From a bacterium (GTDB lineage: Bacteria; Patescibacteriota; Microgenomatia; Levybacterales; UBA12049), in NCBI GenBank assembly GCA_021813145.1, contig JAKALS010000004.1, positions 72,594 through 136,593 on the forward strand: 64,000 nt of DNA, written 5' to 3'. Position 1 is the first letter of the stretch. Every line of letters starts with the position of its first letter. The position numbers and the translations under genes are program-made. The notes below the pieces were generated by a model. The model had not been told where the DNA came from, did no database searches, and saw only the letters and a program-made list of their open reading frames with translations. Of this stretch, positions 21,352-31,690 are shown piece by piece.

Positions 21352-21391
21352 AGATTACACTATTGACACGAGCCTGTCAAGAGGCTAAGAT
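21352..21391. promoter_or_regulatory. overlapping divergent sigma70 promoters
   Basis: + strand TTGACA(21363)-17-TAAGAT; - strand TTGACA(21380)-17-TAATCT. Confidence 0.7.
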
Positions 21392-21403
21392 AATTAAATA
21401 TCT

Positions 21404-21871
21404 ATGGCTGTCGATTTAGTGCTGGTTGCCTTGGGAATTGTTTCTATTTGGCTTTTAGTACTAACGATTTTTTTTTGGAAAACCCTTTCGCACTACAACA
21501 AGCTAACAAAGGGAGTAAGTGAAAAAAGTTTAAAAACTGTACTGGAGAGGCTTTTAAAAGACGACGAATTAAACAGGAAAGAGATTGATTTTTTAAAGGA
21601 ATATTGTGCTAGAATTGAAAAGGAAGGCCTTTTACATATCCAGAAAGTAGGCCTTATAAGATTTAACCCTTTTAAGGATACGGGAGGAGACCAGAGTTTT
21701 ATCCTGTCTCTTACCGACGGTAATGATACGGGAGTCATAATTTCGGGATTATATTCCAGGTCGGGGACAAGGTGGTACGCAAAAAGAGTTCTCGACGGAA
21801 AGGGCGCAGAATACGAACTTACAGACGAAGAAAAGAAAGTTTTAAAAGAAGCGTCCGGTACAAATAAGTAA
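21404..21871 (+). CDS. DUF4446 family protein
   Basis: KVGLIRFNPFKDTGGDQSF...YAK...EE. Confidence 0.85.
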   Translation: MAVDLVLVALGIVSIWLLVLTIFFWKTLSHYNKLTKGVSEKSLKTVLERLLKDDELNRKEIDFLKEYCARIEKEGLLHIQKVGLIRFNPFKDTGGDQSFILSLTDGNDTGVIISGLYSRSGTRWYAKRVLDGKGAEYELTDEEKKVLKEASGTNK

Positions 21872-21874
21872 TTT

Positions 21875-23047
21875 ATGAATAAACAAAAGTTATTTACGGT
21901 TCTTGCGGCGGTTTTAGTATATTTATTGTCTACAGGCGCTTCTTATTTCTTGTTCACAAGGGCCGTATCCTCTCAGGCTATAACATCACCTCTTCCTACC
22001 CCGGCTGTAGGCGCAAACGGGCAACTTGCATTCGACAACTCGCTCCCAAAAACAGAGGCTTGTCCTTTAAATGGGGTCTTATATTCTAAACAACAGGAGC
22101 AGTGGTGGCAAAAACACAGGCCTTTGGGGGTAATGATAGAGAATCAGGTGGAGGCAAGGCCGCAGTCAGGACTTTCGGGAGCAGACGTAGTCTATGAGGC
22201 TGTCGCGGAAGGCGGAATCACAAGGTTCTTGGCGGTTTTCTACTGTCAGGACGCGGGAGAAATAGGTCCCATAAGGTCGGCAAGAACATATTTTATTGAC
22301 TTTATATCCGAATATGGAAACAGCCCGTTATACGCCCACGTTGGAGGAGCAAACCAGCCGGGTCCGGCGGATGCTCTGGGGCAACTGGATACTTACGGAT
22401 GGACAGGATATAACGATATGAACCAGTTTTCCATAGGCTTTCCCACCTATTGGAGAGATTACAACAGGGCGGGTCATACCGTTGCGACTGAACATACGAT
22501 GTATTCTACCGTACAGAAACTTTGGGACTATGCAGCGACTAATAGGGGTTTGACGAATGTGGATAAAAACGGGGTATCCTGGGATACAACCTTTATTCCT
22601 TATAAATTCGTAGACGACGCTCCTCTTTCGACAAGGCCGGCTTCCCAGACGATACATCTGGAATTTTGGACCGGGGACCCGAATTACTATGTAGACTGGA
22701 ATTACAACCCCAAAACAAATCTTTACGCAAGAGTCAACGGCGGACAACCTTTCATAGACAGGGATACGAATAAACAGGTAATGGCTAAAGATATAGTTGT
22801 TCTTGAAATGGTCCAGACTCACGCAAATGACGGATACGAAGATAATGTCCACCTCTTATTCCAGGATAAGGGAACGGGTAGGGCGGTAGTATTTAAGGAC
22901 GGAAAAAGGATAAATGCCACATGGGAGAAAGACAGCAGGACCGGAAGAACAATAATAAGGGATACAAGCGGAAATCAGATTGCCTTTGACAGAGGACTTA
23001 TCTGGTTCGAAATACTACCCACGGATGGTGTCCTCACCGTTAAGTAA
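21875..23047 (+). CDS. DUF3048 (YerB-like) protein
   Basis: VMIEN..EARPQSGL, EGGITRF, GPIRSAR. Confidence 0.88.
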   Translation: MNKQKLFTVLAAVLVYLLSTGASYFLFTRAVSSQAITSPLPTPAVGANGQLAFDNSLPKTEACPLNGVLYSKQQEQWWQKHRPLGVMIENQVEARPQSGLSGADVVYEAVAEGGITRFLAVFYCQDAGEIGPIRSARTYFIDFISEYGNSPLYAHVGGANQPGPADALGQLDTYGWTGYNDMNQFSIGFPTYWRDYNRAGHTVATEHTMYSTVQKLWDYAATNRGLTNVDKNGVSWDTTFIPYKFVDDAPLSTRPASQTIHLEFWTGDPNYYVDWNYNPKTNLYARVNGGQPFIDRDTNKQVMAKDIVVLEMVQTHANDGYEDNVHLLFQDKGTGRAVVFKDGKRINATWEKDSRTGRTIIRDTSGNQIAFDRGLIWFEILPTDGVLTVK

Positions 23048-23108
23048 AAATAATACTTGAAAATTATTTTTACAATGTTGTATATTAGTGTTCAGAAAAG
23101 AACAAAAT

Positions 23109-23684
23109 ATGTTTTCAGATCTTATTACATCTAAATCGCGAATAAGAATTTTAAACGTTTTTTTAACGTCACCTTCCTCCATGTATCACGTAAGAGAGCT
23201 AGTCAGAAAAACGGGAGATGAAATTAACGCGGTAAGAAGAGAACTCGCTTATCTTGAAAAAAAAGGAATTTTAGTAAAAGAACCGAGGGCAAACAGAGTT
23301 TACTATTCGCTTAGCAGAAATTACCCGTTTTATTATGACCTTTTAAGGCTCGGTTCTAAAAGTTTTGGTTTGGGGGCAGAAATAATCAAAAACAGGGTAA
23401 AGCTTGGAAAAATAAAATACGCAATGTTTTCAGGTAAATTTGCCAGGAGAATAAAAGACAAACCCGATGAGGTAGATTTCTTGATAGTAGGGACAATTGT
23501 TCTTCCCGAACTTGCTCTTTTAATAAGGGAGGAAGAGAGAAAGCTTGAAACAGAGATAAACTATACCGTAATGACCGAAGAGGAGTTTGATTTCCGAAAG
23601 AAAAAAAGTGATCCTTTTATCTTATCGATACTATCAGGCTCCAGGGTAATGCTTATAGGTGACGAGGAGAGTATGCTTTCATGA
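23109..23684 (+). CDS. wHTH transcriptional regulator with a nucleotidyltransferase-like domain
   Basis: N-terminal HTH (HVRELVR..INAVRREL); C-terminal FSGKFA...VDFLIVG. Confidence 0.75.
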   Translation: MFSDLITSKSRIRILNVFLTSPSSMYHVRELVRKTGDEINAVRRELAYLEKKGILVKEPRANRVYYSLSRNYPFYYDLLRLGSKSFGLGAEIIKNRVKLGKIKYAMFSGKFARRIKDKPDEVDFLIVGTIVLPELALLIREEERKLETEINYTVMTEEEFDFRKKKSDPFILSILSGSRVMLIGDEESMLS

Positions 23685-25036
23685 GAAAAAATCCCCGAAT
23701 TCTTTTCTGGTTTATAATAGCTCTGACTATTTTTGCAATAATAGTTGATTTACCTGCCATCAATAATTTATCCTTAGGTCCTTTTAAACAGAAAATAAAC
23801 TTCGATTTAAATAGCGTATTAAAAAGTGTGGGTATAAACGGTCAGATTGCATTTAGGCGGGGATTAGATATAGAAGGCGGGACAAGCATGACTTTTCAAG
23901 CCGATATGGCCGGAATTCCACAAGCACAAAGAGCAGCAGCGCTAAGCTCGGAAAAAGATACAATAGAAAGAAGAATAAATCTTTTTGGAGTATCGGAGCC
24001 GGTAGTTCAAACTTCTACTCTTTCGACCGGTCAATCGAGAATTATAGTAGAGCTCCCGGGAATTTCCGACCTTAACCAGGCAAGAAGCATCGTTGGCACA
24101 ACCGCTAAATTGTCTTTCTGGGAAGAGGGGGCTTCGGGAAGTGCTAAAATAGCTTCATCTTCCGCCTTGCCTTTAGGCATCACTTCGGTTCTTCAAAACC
24201 CTGTCAAGACAAACTTAAGCGGCAACGATATACAATCTACAAGTGTTACTTTTGACCAGAATACCGGAAAACCACAAGTCCAGCTTAACTTTACGTCTGA
24301 AGGCACACAAAAATTTGCGGACATAACAAAAAGAAATGTGGGGAAAGTTGTTGCCATTGTTCTTGATAATGTTGTCATAGAGGCCCCGACGGTTCAGCAG
24401 CCGATACTTACGGGGAATGCCGTAATAACAGGGGCTTTTACAACAGACCAGGCAAATCAATTGAGTACGGAGCTTAATGCGGGTGCTTTGCCGGTCTCGT
24501 TAACTCTTTTACAAAGTCAGGTTGTAGGCCCTACATTAGGTCTTACATCCCTTGAAAAAAGTCTTGTCGCCGGAATATTGGGTTTTATCATTATTATAGT
24601 TTTTATGACGATTTTATACGGCAGATTGGGCGCCATCGCAAGCGTGGCACTTACTCTATATACTTTATTTGTTTTAGGTATTTTTAAATTAAGTTCCCTG
24701 ACTCCCTACGGTGTCACCCTGACGCTTTCAGGAATCGCAGGATTTATCCTTTCGATAGGAATGGCTGTAGATGCTAATATTTTAATTTTTGAAAGGATGA
24801 AAGAAGAAAGGCGCCTCGGAAAACCGACTGAAGCCGCTATAGAAATTGGTTTTTCAAGAGCCTGGACGTCGATAAGAGATTCAAATGTTTCTACCCTTAT
24901 AACAAGCGCTGTGCTCTATGACTTAGGAACAGGGGAAGTAAAAGGTTTTGCCCTTGTACTCGCAATAGGAGTTTTGGTTTCTATGTTTTCGGCAATAGTA
25001 GTGACCAGAACATTTTTAAGAGTTGTATATAAGTAA
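23681..25036 (+). CDS. secD: protein translocase subunit SecD
   Basis: GLDIEGG, RINLFGVSEP, GALP, GMAVDANILIFER. Confidence 0.95.
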   Translation: MRKNPRILFWFIIALTIFAIIVDLPAINNLSLGPFKQKINFDLNSVLKSVGINGQIAFRRGLDIEGGTSMTFQADMAGIPQAQRAAALSSEKDTIERRINLFGVSEPVVQTSTLSTGQSRIIVELPGISDLNQARSIVGTTAKLSFWEEGASGSAKIASSSALPLGITSVLQNPVKTNLSGNDIQSTSVTFDQNTGKPQVQLNFTSEGTQKFADITKRNVGKVVAIVLDNVVIEAPTVQQPILTGNAVITGAFTTDQANQLSTELNAGALPVSLTLLQSQVVGPTLGLTSLEKSLVAGILGFIIIIVFMTILYGRLGAIASVALTLYTLFVLGIFKLSSLTPYGVTLTLSGIAGFILSIGMAVDANILIFERMKEERRLGKPTEAAIEIGFSRAWTSIRDSNVSTLITSAVLYDLGTGEVKGFALVLAIGVLVSMFSAIVVTRTFLRVVYK

Positions 25037-25037
25037 T

Positions 25038-25946
25038 ATGAATATAATCGGTAAAAAATATCTTTATTTTTTAATTTCTCTCATAGTAATCATACCCGGG
25101 GTTGTGTCGCTTATTCTTTTCGGGCTAAATCTGTCGATAGATTTTACGGGGGGCTCTCTTATTACTGTTTCTTTTCCTAAGTCAATAACGCAAAGCGATG
25201 TGAATTCAGTTTCTTCTATTCTCAAAAAGGAAGGATTGACGGTATCTAGTACCCAGGCTTCGGGTAATCTGCTTAACGTAAGAACCCAGACAATGGACCA
25301 GAAACAGGATGAAAGGTTTATCTCTGACCTTTCATCTCTCAAAGGCACAAAACAGGAAGAATTTCAGTCAATAGGCCCTACCATAGGAGCCGAGACTACT
25401 ACCAACGCTGCGACAGCTGTCGCACTGGCTTCACTTTTTATCGTTTTGTATATAACCTGGTCTTTCAGAAAAGTTCCCAAGCCCGCAAGCAGCCTAAGAT
25501 TCGGAATCTGCGCTGTTATAGCTCTTATTCATGATGTTTTAGTTGTTGTCGGGCTTTTTGCCATATTCGGACATTTTTTCGGGGTAGAAGTCGACAGTCT
25601 TTTTGTAACTGCACTTCTTACGATTATCGGCTTTTCGGTGCACGACACGATTGTGGTTTTTGATAGGATAAGGGAGAATTTAAGGAGAGTAAGCGGCCTT
25701 TCCTTCGAGCAGGTCGTAAACGAGTCTATACTTCAGACTTTAGACAGGTCTCTGAATACCTCTTTAACCGTCGTTCTTGTCCTTGTCGCGCTCCTTTTAT
25801 TCGGAGGCGAGAGCATAAAATGGTTTGTTGTGGCGCTTTTGATAGGCGTAATAAGCGGAACATATTCTTCTATATTTAATGCTTCTCCCCTTCTTGTTCT
25901 CTGGCAGGAACTGAGCGAGAAATTTGGAAAGAACAAGAATAAATGA
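25038..25946 (+). CDS. secF: protein translocase subunit SecF
   Basis: [36 protein letters not shown]. Confidence 0.95.
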   Translation: MNIIGKKYLYFLISLIVIIPGVVSLILFGLNLSIDFTGGSLITVSFPKSITQSDVNSVSSILKKEGLTVSSTQASGNLLNVRTQTMDQKQDERFISDLSSLKGTKQEEFQSIGPTIGAETTTNAATAVALASLFIVLYITWSFRKVPKPASSLRFGICAVIALIHDVLVVVGLFAIFGHFFGVEVDSLFVTALLTIIGFSVHDTIVVFDRIRENLRRVSGLSFEQVVNESILQTLDRSLNTSLTVVLVLVALLLFGGESIKWFVVALLIGVISGTYSSIFNASPLLVLWQELSEKFGKNKNK

Positions 25947-27133
25947 GAAAATTTTTTACCTCGGAATCGGTTACCGAAGGACATCCCGATAAAATTTGCG
26001 ACCAGATTGCAGATGCTGTTTTGGACGAGCTTTTGACAAAAGATCCCAAGTCAAGGGTAGCGATAGAAGCCCTTATTACAAACGGAGTAGTATTTATAGC
26101 AGGTGAGGTTACCTCTGACGCTTATGTAGAAATTCCGGAAATCGCAAGAAACGTAATAAAAGATATAGGTTATACAAATGCGGAGTACGGATTTCATTGG
26201 GAAACAAGCGGAGTTGCAACGGCTATTCACTCCCAGTCTTCCGATATAGCAAAAGGCGTGGACAGTTTTAAAGAAGGAAAAGGAGGGAAAATCTTAAAAG
26301 AAGACCTTGAAAATTTGGGAGCGGGAGACCAGGGGTTAATGTTTGGTTATGCCTGTAGCGAGACAAAGGAGCTCATGCCCTTACCAATAACTCTTGCCCA
26401 CAATCTGTGCAAAAAACTGACGCTGGTGCGTAAAAAGGGAATAATAAAAGGCTTAAGACCGGACGGTAAATCCCAAGTTACCGTAGAATACGAAAACGGG
26501 ATTCCCATAAGAGTCGACGGTGTTCTTATAGCAGCCCAGCATGACGAAAACATTAACCCGGAAAAGCTTAAAAAGGAAATTACGGAAAAAGTGATTAAGT
26601 CTGTAATACCCGCAAAATTAATAGACAAAAAAACAAAATTCTGGGTTAACACAACGGGAAGATTTGTAATCGGAGGACCCCAGGGAGACACCGGTCTTAC
26701 AGGAAGAAAAATCATAGTAGATACCTACGGAGGCTATGCAAAACACGGCGGGGGAGCGTTTTCGGGCAAAGACCCCACAAAAGTCGATAGGAGCGCCCAA
26801 TATATGGCAAGATATGTAGCAAAGAACATAGTGGCGGCAGGTCTTGCCGACAGATGTGAGGTACAGATTTCTTATGCCATAGGAAGGTCCGAGCCAATGT
26901 CGGTTTTGGTTGATACCTTTCAAACGGGAAAAATAGACGATGCGAGGTTAAGCGGAATAGTTACAGAAATTTTCGATTTAAGGCCCGGAATGATAATCAA
27001 GAATTTAAATTTAAGAAGGCCTATCTACAGACAAGTGTCGGCATACGGCCACTTCGGCAGACCCGAACTTGACTTGCCTTGGGAGAAAACTGATAAAATA
27101 AATGTATTGAGGAGGCTCTCAAAATATGAATAA
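25943..27133 (+). CDS. metK: S-adenosylmethionine synthetase
   Basis: [28 protein letters not shown]. Confidence 0.97.
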   Translation: MRKFFTSESVTEGHPDKICDQIADAVLDELLTKDPKSRVAIEALITNGVVFIAGEVTSDAYVEIPEIARNVIKDIGYTNAEYGFHWETSGVATAIHSQSSDIAKGVDSFKEGKGGKILKEDLENLGAGDQGLMFGYACSETKELMPLPITLAHNLCKKLTLVRKKGIIKGLRPDGKSQVTVEYENGIPIRVDGVLIAAQHDENINPEKLKKEITEKVIKSVIPAKLIDKKTKFWVNTTGRFVIGGPQGDTGLTGRKIIVDTYGGYAKHGGGAFSGKDPTKVDRSAQYMARYVAKNIVAAGLADRCEVQISYAIGRSEPMSVLVDTFQTGKIDDARLSGIVTEIFDLRPGMIIKNLNLRRPIYRQVSAYGHFGRPELDLPWEKTDKINVLRRLSKYE

Positions 27134-27578
27134 GCAAAAATTACAGGAAGAATTAAAACAGTCTATGCTTGCAAAAGACGAACTTAAAACTTCTGTTTTA
27201 AGAATGCTTCTTTCAGCATTAAACTATTACGAAATTCAAAAAGGCGGGGCCGGTTATGAGGCAACAGAAGAAGATGTTTTAACAGTAATCCAAAAAGAAG
27301 TGAAACAAAGAAATGATTCCATAGAACAATTTAAAAATGCGGGAAGAAATGAGCTGGCGGAGAAAGAAGAAAAAGAGCTCGAAATTCTAAAGAAATATTT
27401 ACCCGAACAATTAAGCGAAGAAGATGTAAAATCTTTGGTAGACGAAGCCATAAAACAAACAGGCGCATCAACCATGCAGGATATGGGAAAAGTAATGGGT
27501 TATTTATCTGCGAAAATAAAAGGGAAAGCCGACGGGGGATTTGTAAGTAGATTGGTAAAAGAAAAACTTTCCTCTTAA
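27126..27578 (+). CDS. GatB/YqeY domain protein
   Basis: [29 protein letters not shown]. Confidence 0.92.
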   Translation: MNKQKLQEELKQSMLAKDELKTSVLRMLLSALNYYEIQKGGAGYEATEEDVLTVIQKEVKQRNDSIEQFKNAGRNELAEKEEKELEILKKYLPEQLSEEDVKSLVDEAIKQTGASTMQDMGKVMGYLSAKIKGKADGGFVSRLVKEKLSS

Positions 27579-28945
27579 CTTAAACCTTCGTATATTTCCC
27601 TTGCTCTTTGCAATAAATATTTCTTGGAGTTTTTGGATAAGTCTTCGTCCGTTTCTTCGAAAAGTTTTTCAAGTATTATTCCTACATTTGGCCCGGGTTT
27701 TATATTAAGCTCTTTCATGATATCGTTTCCGTCAATCGCAAGGTCGTTTATAGAAAAGGGCGCAGGTTTTAATTGCTCTTCAATTTTATCCTTGAATAAC
27801 TTAAGTCTCCAGCTTTCTGCCGTTTGGGTTCCTCCTCCCAGTCTGTCTCCAACTCTTAAATCCATCATATCTTTTACGTTTTCGACTCCGACTTTTCTTA
27901 TAAATCTTCTAACAGCCGCATCTGTCTGATTTTCGTTAACAGAAAACATATGCCAGCGTATAAGATTTACTATTTTGTCGCAGTCTTTTTTTGAAAATCT
28001 TAATCTTTTGCATATTTCTCCGGCCATTTTTGCTCCTACAACCTCATGGTTATGGAAAATTACAAGACCTTCTTTATCTTCTCCTTTTACCCTCGGTTTT
28101 CCTATATCATGTATCAAGGCCGAAAATCTTACGACAGGATCATTAGACGGGCAGAATTTTAAAGACAAAACATTATGGGTAAAAACATCTTCTTTATGGT
28201 GTCTCCCCGGTCTTGCTTGCGATACTCCCACTCCTTCCAAAAGTTCGGGTAATATATATACCAGAAGTCCGCTTTCTTTAAGCATCATAATACCCTCGTA
28301 TGGATTTTGGCTTTTTAATATTTTCAGAAGTTCGTCGTGGATTCTTTCGTTGGACACATTTTTTATAAGAGCCGAATCTTCTTTTATTTTATTCCAGGTA
28401 TTTTCTTCGATTTGAAAATCTAATTCGGTTGCAATTCTTACTGCTCTTATAAGCCTTAACGCATCTTCTTTAAACCGTATATTTGCATCTCCCACAGCCT
28501 TTATAACTTTATCTTTTATATCTTTTTGCCCGTTAAAAGGATCAATTAGTTCGAATGACAATGGCTCGGATGAAGCAAGATGAAGGGCTATGGCATTGAT
28601 GGTAAAATCTCTTCTTGAAAGATCCTCTTCTATTGTTTTTCCCCAGGAAACGCTTTCGGGGTGTCTTTTGTCTTTATACTCTCCTTCTGTCCTGTATGTT
28701 GTTATCTCTACGACTGCATTTTCTTTTAAGGGGATGCCCACCGTTCCGAAATTATTATCGTAAAAAGCACTAGGAAAAATTTTTAACAGTTCTTTTGGCG
28801 TTGCATTGGTAGTCAAATCCCAGTCTTTAACGCCCTTTTTAAGAAGGAGATTTCTTACGCATCCCCCTACAAAATAAATTTCAAATCCGGCTTTTTCTAC
28901 CTTTTTATAAACTTCGAGTATATTTGCGGGAATCATGTTTTGCAT
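27575..28945 (-). CDS. cca: CCA-adding tRNA nucleotidyltransferase with HD domain
   Basis: VGGCVR, DWD, RRDFTINA, EDALR, HDIGKP. Confidence 0.88.
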   Translation of the reverse strand: MQNMIPANILEVYKKVEKAGFEIYFVGGCVRNLLLKKGVKDWDLTTNATPKELLKIFPSAFYDNNFGTVGIPLKENAVVEITTYRTEGEYKDKRHPESVSWGKTIEEDLSRRDFTINAIALHLASSEPLSFELIDPFNGQKDIKDKVIKAVGDANIRFKEDALRLIRAVRIATELDFQIEENTWNKIKEDSALIKNVSNERIHDELLKILKSQNPYEGIMMLKESGLLVYILPELLEGVGVSQARPGRHHKEDVFTHNVLSLKFCPSNDPVVRFSALIHDIGKPRVKGEDKEGLVIFHNHEVVGAKMAGEICKRLRFSKKDCDKIVNLIRWHMFSVNENQTDAAVRRFIRKVGVENVKDMMDLRVGDRLGGGTQTAESWRLKLFKDKIEEQLKPAPFSINDLAIDGNDIMKELNIKPGPNVGIILEKLFEETDEDLSKNSKKYLLQRAREIYEGLS

Positions 28946-28994
28946 AGCTTGCCGCGGTTCGTTAATCTTGCTATAGTATAGCAGAACTTTTTGT

Positions 28995-30695
28995 ATGAAA
29001 AAATGGGAGCTGATAAGTAAGTTTGGAATTCAGAATTCAAAATTGGGAATAGAAGATATAGTAAAAATACTTCTTGCAAATAGGAATATTAATACAAAAA
29101 GAGAAACAGAAGAATTTTTAAACCCCAAACTTTCGCAAGTAACACCAAAAAACGTAAAAATAAACAAACTCCATCTTGAAAAAGCGGTAAAAAGAATAAA
29201 GAAGGCTATAAAAAATAAAGAACAAATTATAGTATTCGGGGATTATGATGTGGACGGAATTTGCGGGAGCGCAATTCTTTGGGAGACCTTAAATTATTTG
29301 GGTGCAAAAGTGCTTCCGTATATACCAAACAGGATAGATGAAGGTTACGGACTTTCAAAAAAAGGAATTTCAAATCTCAAACTAAAAATACCTGATATAG
29401 AATTAATAATAACGGTAGATAACGGAATTGTCGCCAACGAAGCAGTTGAGTTTGCAAAAAAAGAGGGAATAGAGATAATTATTACCGATCATCATGTTCC
29501 TTCGAAAAATCTGCCGAAGGCATACGCAATTGTTCATACGACTCTTCTTTGCGGAACAGGAGTGGCATATCTTTTTGCGAAGGAAATTTCAAATTCCAAA
29601 TTTCAAATTCCAAATAAATCAATAATCAGTAATCAAAAATCTTTAATCGATAGTCATTTGGAATTGGTTGCTTTGGCAACGGTTGCCGATTTGGTTCCTT
29701 TAACGGGAGCAAGCAGGGTTCTTCTAAAGGATGGTCTTTTAAAATTGCACGAAACAAAAAGGCCCGGACTTTTGGCATTATTTCAGGAAGCGGGAATAGA
29801 CAAAAACTCGATAGGAGTCTATGAGATAGGGCACATAATTGCCCCGAGGCTTAACGCAATGGGAAGATTAGAGAGCGCAATGGATTCCCTGCGTTTGGTA
29901 TGTACGACAAATAAACAGAGGGCAAGGGAACTCGCTTTTAAGCTTTCAAGCACGAATAAAGAAAGACAAATTCTAACCGAGGAAACGGTTAACCATGCCA
30001 GATCTTTGGCAAAAGAAAAAGGAATAGAAGAGCTTTTATTTATTTCCAACGAAACATACGAACAGGGAGTAATAGGACTTGTAGCAGGGAGGTTGGTAGA
30101 AGAGTTTTACAGGCCTTCCATTGTCGTATCAAAAGGAGAAATTTTCAGCAAGGCTTCTGCCCGTTCGGTTTCGGGGTTTAATATCATTGATTTTATAAGA
30201 GAAGACTTGGGACTTTTGGTAGATGTAGGAGGACATCCTATGGCAGCAGGCTTTACGGTAGAAACGCAAAAATTGCTGCTTTTGGAAGAAAGCCTTAAAA
30301 AAAGAGCTAAAAAATTGCTGACTCCTGAAATTTTGGAAAGAACATTAAGAATAGATATGGAATTGCCGGAAGGTCTTATAACACAGAAGTTGTACGACTC
30401 ATTGAAAAAACTTGAGCCTTTTGGAATGAAAAATCCTGAACCCACCTTTTTAACGAAAGGACTTGTTATTGAGAATATAAGATTAGTGGGAAATGGAAAT
30501 AAACACCTAAAGATAGATTTCAAAACTCAAATTTCAAATTCCAAATTTCAAAGCATTTACTTTAAAGGAGGCGAAAATAATTCGCTTTCAATAGGGGAAA
30601 ATGTTGATGTGGTCTACGTAATTGATGAAAATGAATGGAACGGTAGAAAAAGTTTGCAGCTGAAAATAAAAGATATCAGGCCGACGGAAAACTAA
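28995..30695 (+). CDS. recJ: ssDNA exonuclease RecJ
   Basis: GDYDVDG, TVDNG, TDHH, PRLNAMGR, GGHPMAAG, EPFG.NP. Confidence 0.95.
   Translation: MKKWELISKFGIQNSKLGIEDIVKILLANRNINTKRETEEFLNPKLSQVTPKNVKINKLHLEKAVKRIKKAIKNKEQIIVFGDYDVDGICGSAILWETLNYLGAKVLPYIPNRIDEGYGLSKKGISNLKLKIPDIELIITVDNGIVANEAVEFAKKEGIEIIITDHHVPSKNLPKAYAIVHTTLLCGTGVAYLFAKEISNSKFQIPNKSIISNQKSLIDSHLELVALATVADLVPLTGASRVLLKDGLLKLHETKRPGLLALFQEAGIDKNSIGVYEIGHIIAPRLNAMGRLESAMDSLRLVCTTNKQRARELAFKLSSTNKERQILTEETVNHARSLAKEKGIEELLFISNETYEQGVIGLVAGRLVEEFYRPSIVVSKGEIFSKASARSVSGFNIIDFIREDLGLLVDVGGHPMAAGFTVETQKLLLLEESLKKRAKKLLTPEILERTLRIDMELPEGLITQKLYDSLKKLEPFGMKNPEPTFLTKGLVIENIRLVGNGNKHLKIDFKTQISNSKFQSIYFKGGENNSLSIGENVDVVYVIDENEWNGRKSLQLKIKDIRPTEN
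29584..29647 (+). repeat. heptamer tandem repeat (AAATTTC/AAATTCC, then AxTAATC-like units) inside recJ
   Basis: AAATTTC AAATTCC AAATTTC AAATTCC; an identical 24-mer recurs at 30529-30552. Confidence 0.75.
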
Positions 30696-31545
30696 CCGTT
30701 CTGGCGTTTAAAGCTCTATATGTCAATTTTTCCAATTCTTGTACCACTCTTTCTCTCTTTTTCATAGATGCTCCCGTGTATGATTCGACAAAGCTTTGCG
30801 GAGAAGGGAAGTCTGAACCATTTAATCCTTTTTCACGAATCTGGTGAGTATAGAGTTCGAAGAAATCGTTAAATTTGCTGTCATATGCCGTAGCAAGTTT
30901 TTCCCTTAAGCCTTTTGCTATCCCCACCTGTCCCCTGGGAGAAGCACTCAAAAATCTATCTTCGAGTTTTTCTATCTCTGCTGCTACTTGGTCCTCATCT
31001 TTACCCATATTGGTTAAAGCTGTTCTCCAGGCGTCGGTATAGACGTCAAATCTTCTAAGAAGAAAATCTTCTGCCTCGGTTTTCATTTTTAAAGCCAATT
31101 CAACTTTTCTTGGTAGATTTGCGGAATCGAAAGCTGCTTTTCTGACATTAAATATTTCTGCTATTTCATCGTTAGATTTCCCGTTTGCTTCTATGAGAAG
31201 TTCATCGTAAAAACAAAGACTTTCCATAAAAACCGAATTAACCGAGCTTGTAACTCTTGTCCTTTCTTCCTCTAAAAAATCTTTTTGGTCACTTAATGAC
31301 AATTTATTGAATGCATACTCTCTCTCCGAGAGACTCATTTCTACTTCTTCAGGGATTCTACCCCTTCCTACTTGAAATGCTCTGTCAGCATTTTGGATGG
31401 CATTAAATCTTTCGACAGCATGCATATACCTGATTCTTTTAGATACTTCCACGCGAGGGAAAGCCGGAGCTTTATCGGGGGAAAAAGCTTTACCCGCTGT
31501 AATTAATGCTTCGCTAGGTGTATATGTAAAAGTCTCTATCGCCAT
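30676..31545 (-). CDS. hypothetical helical protein
   Basis: long ORF, no recognised motif; ATG MAIETF. Confidence 0.7.
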   Translation of the reverse strand: MAIETFTYTPSEALITAGKAFSPDKAPAFPRVEVSKRIRYMHAVERFNAIQNADRAFQVGRGRIPEEVEMSLSEREYAFNKLSLSDQKDFLEEERTRVTSSVNSVFMESLCFYDELLIEANGKSNDEIAEIFNVRKAAFDSANLPRKVELALKMKTEAEDFLLRRFDVYTDAWRTALTNMGKDEDQVAAEIEKLEDRFLSASPRGQVGIAKGLREKLATAYDSKFNDFFELYTHQIREKGLNGSDFPSPQSFVESYTGASMKKRERVVQELEKLTYRALNARTVSFPSA

Positions 31546-31690
31546 AAAAAAACCTTTAAACACAACTTCAGTTGTGATTAAAGGATACTACTTAGTAATA
31601 AGCCTTAAACTATAAGTCATTACTATAAGATAATTTAATACTAACACTATTGAGGCTTCTTGTCAAGATTACTATTTTCAGGTATTATGT

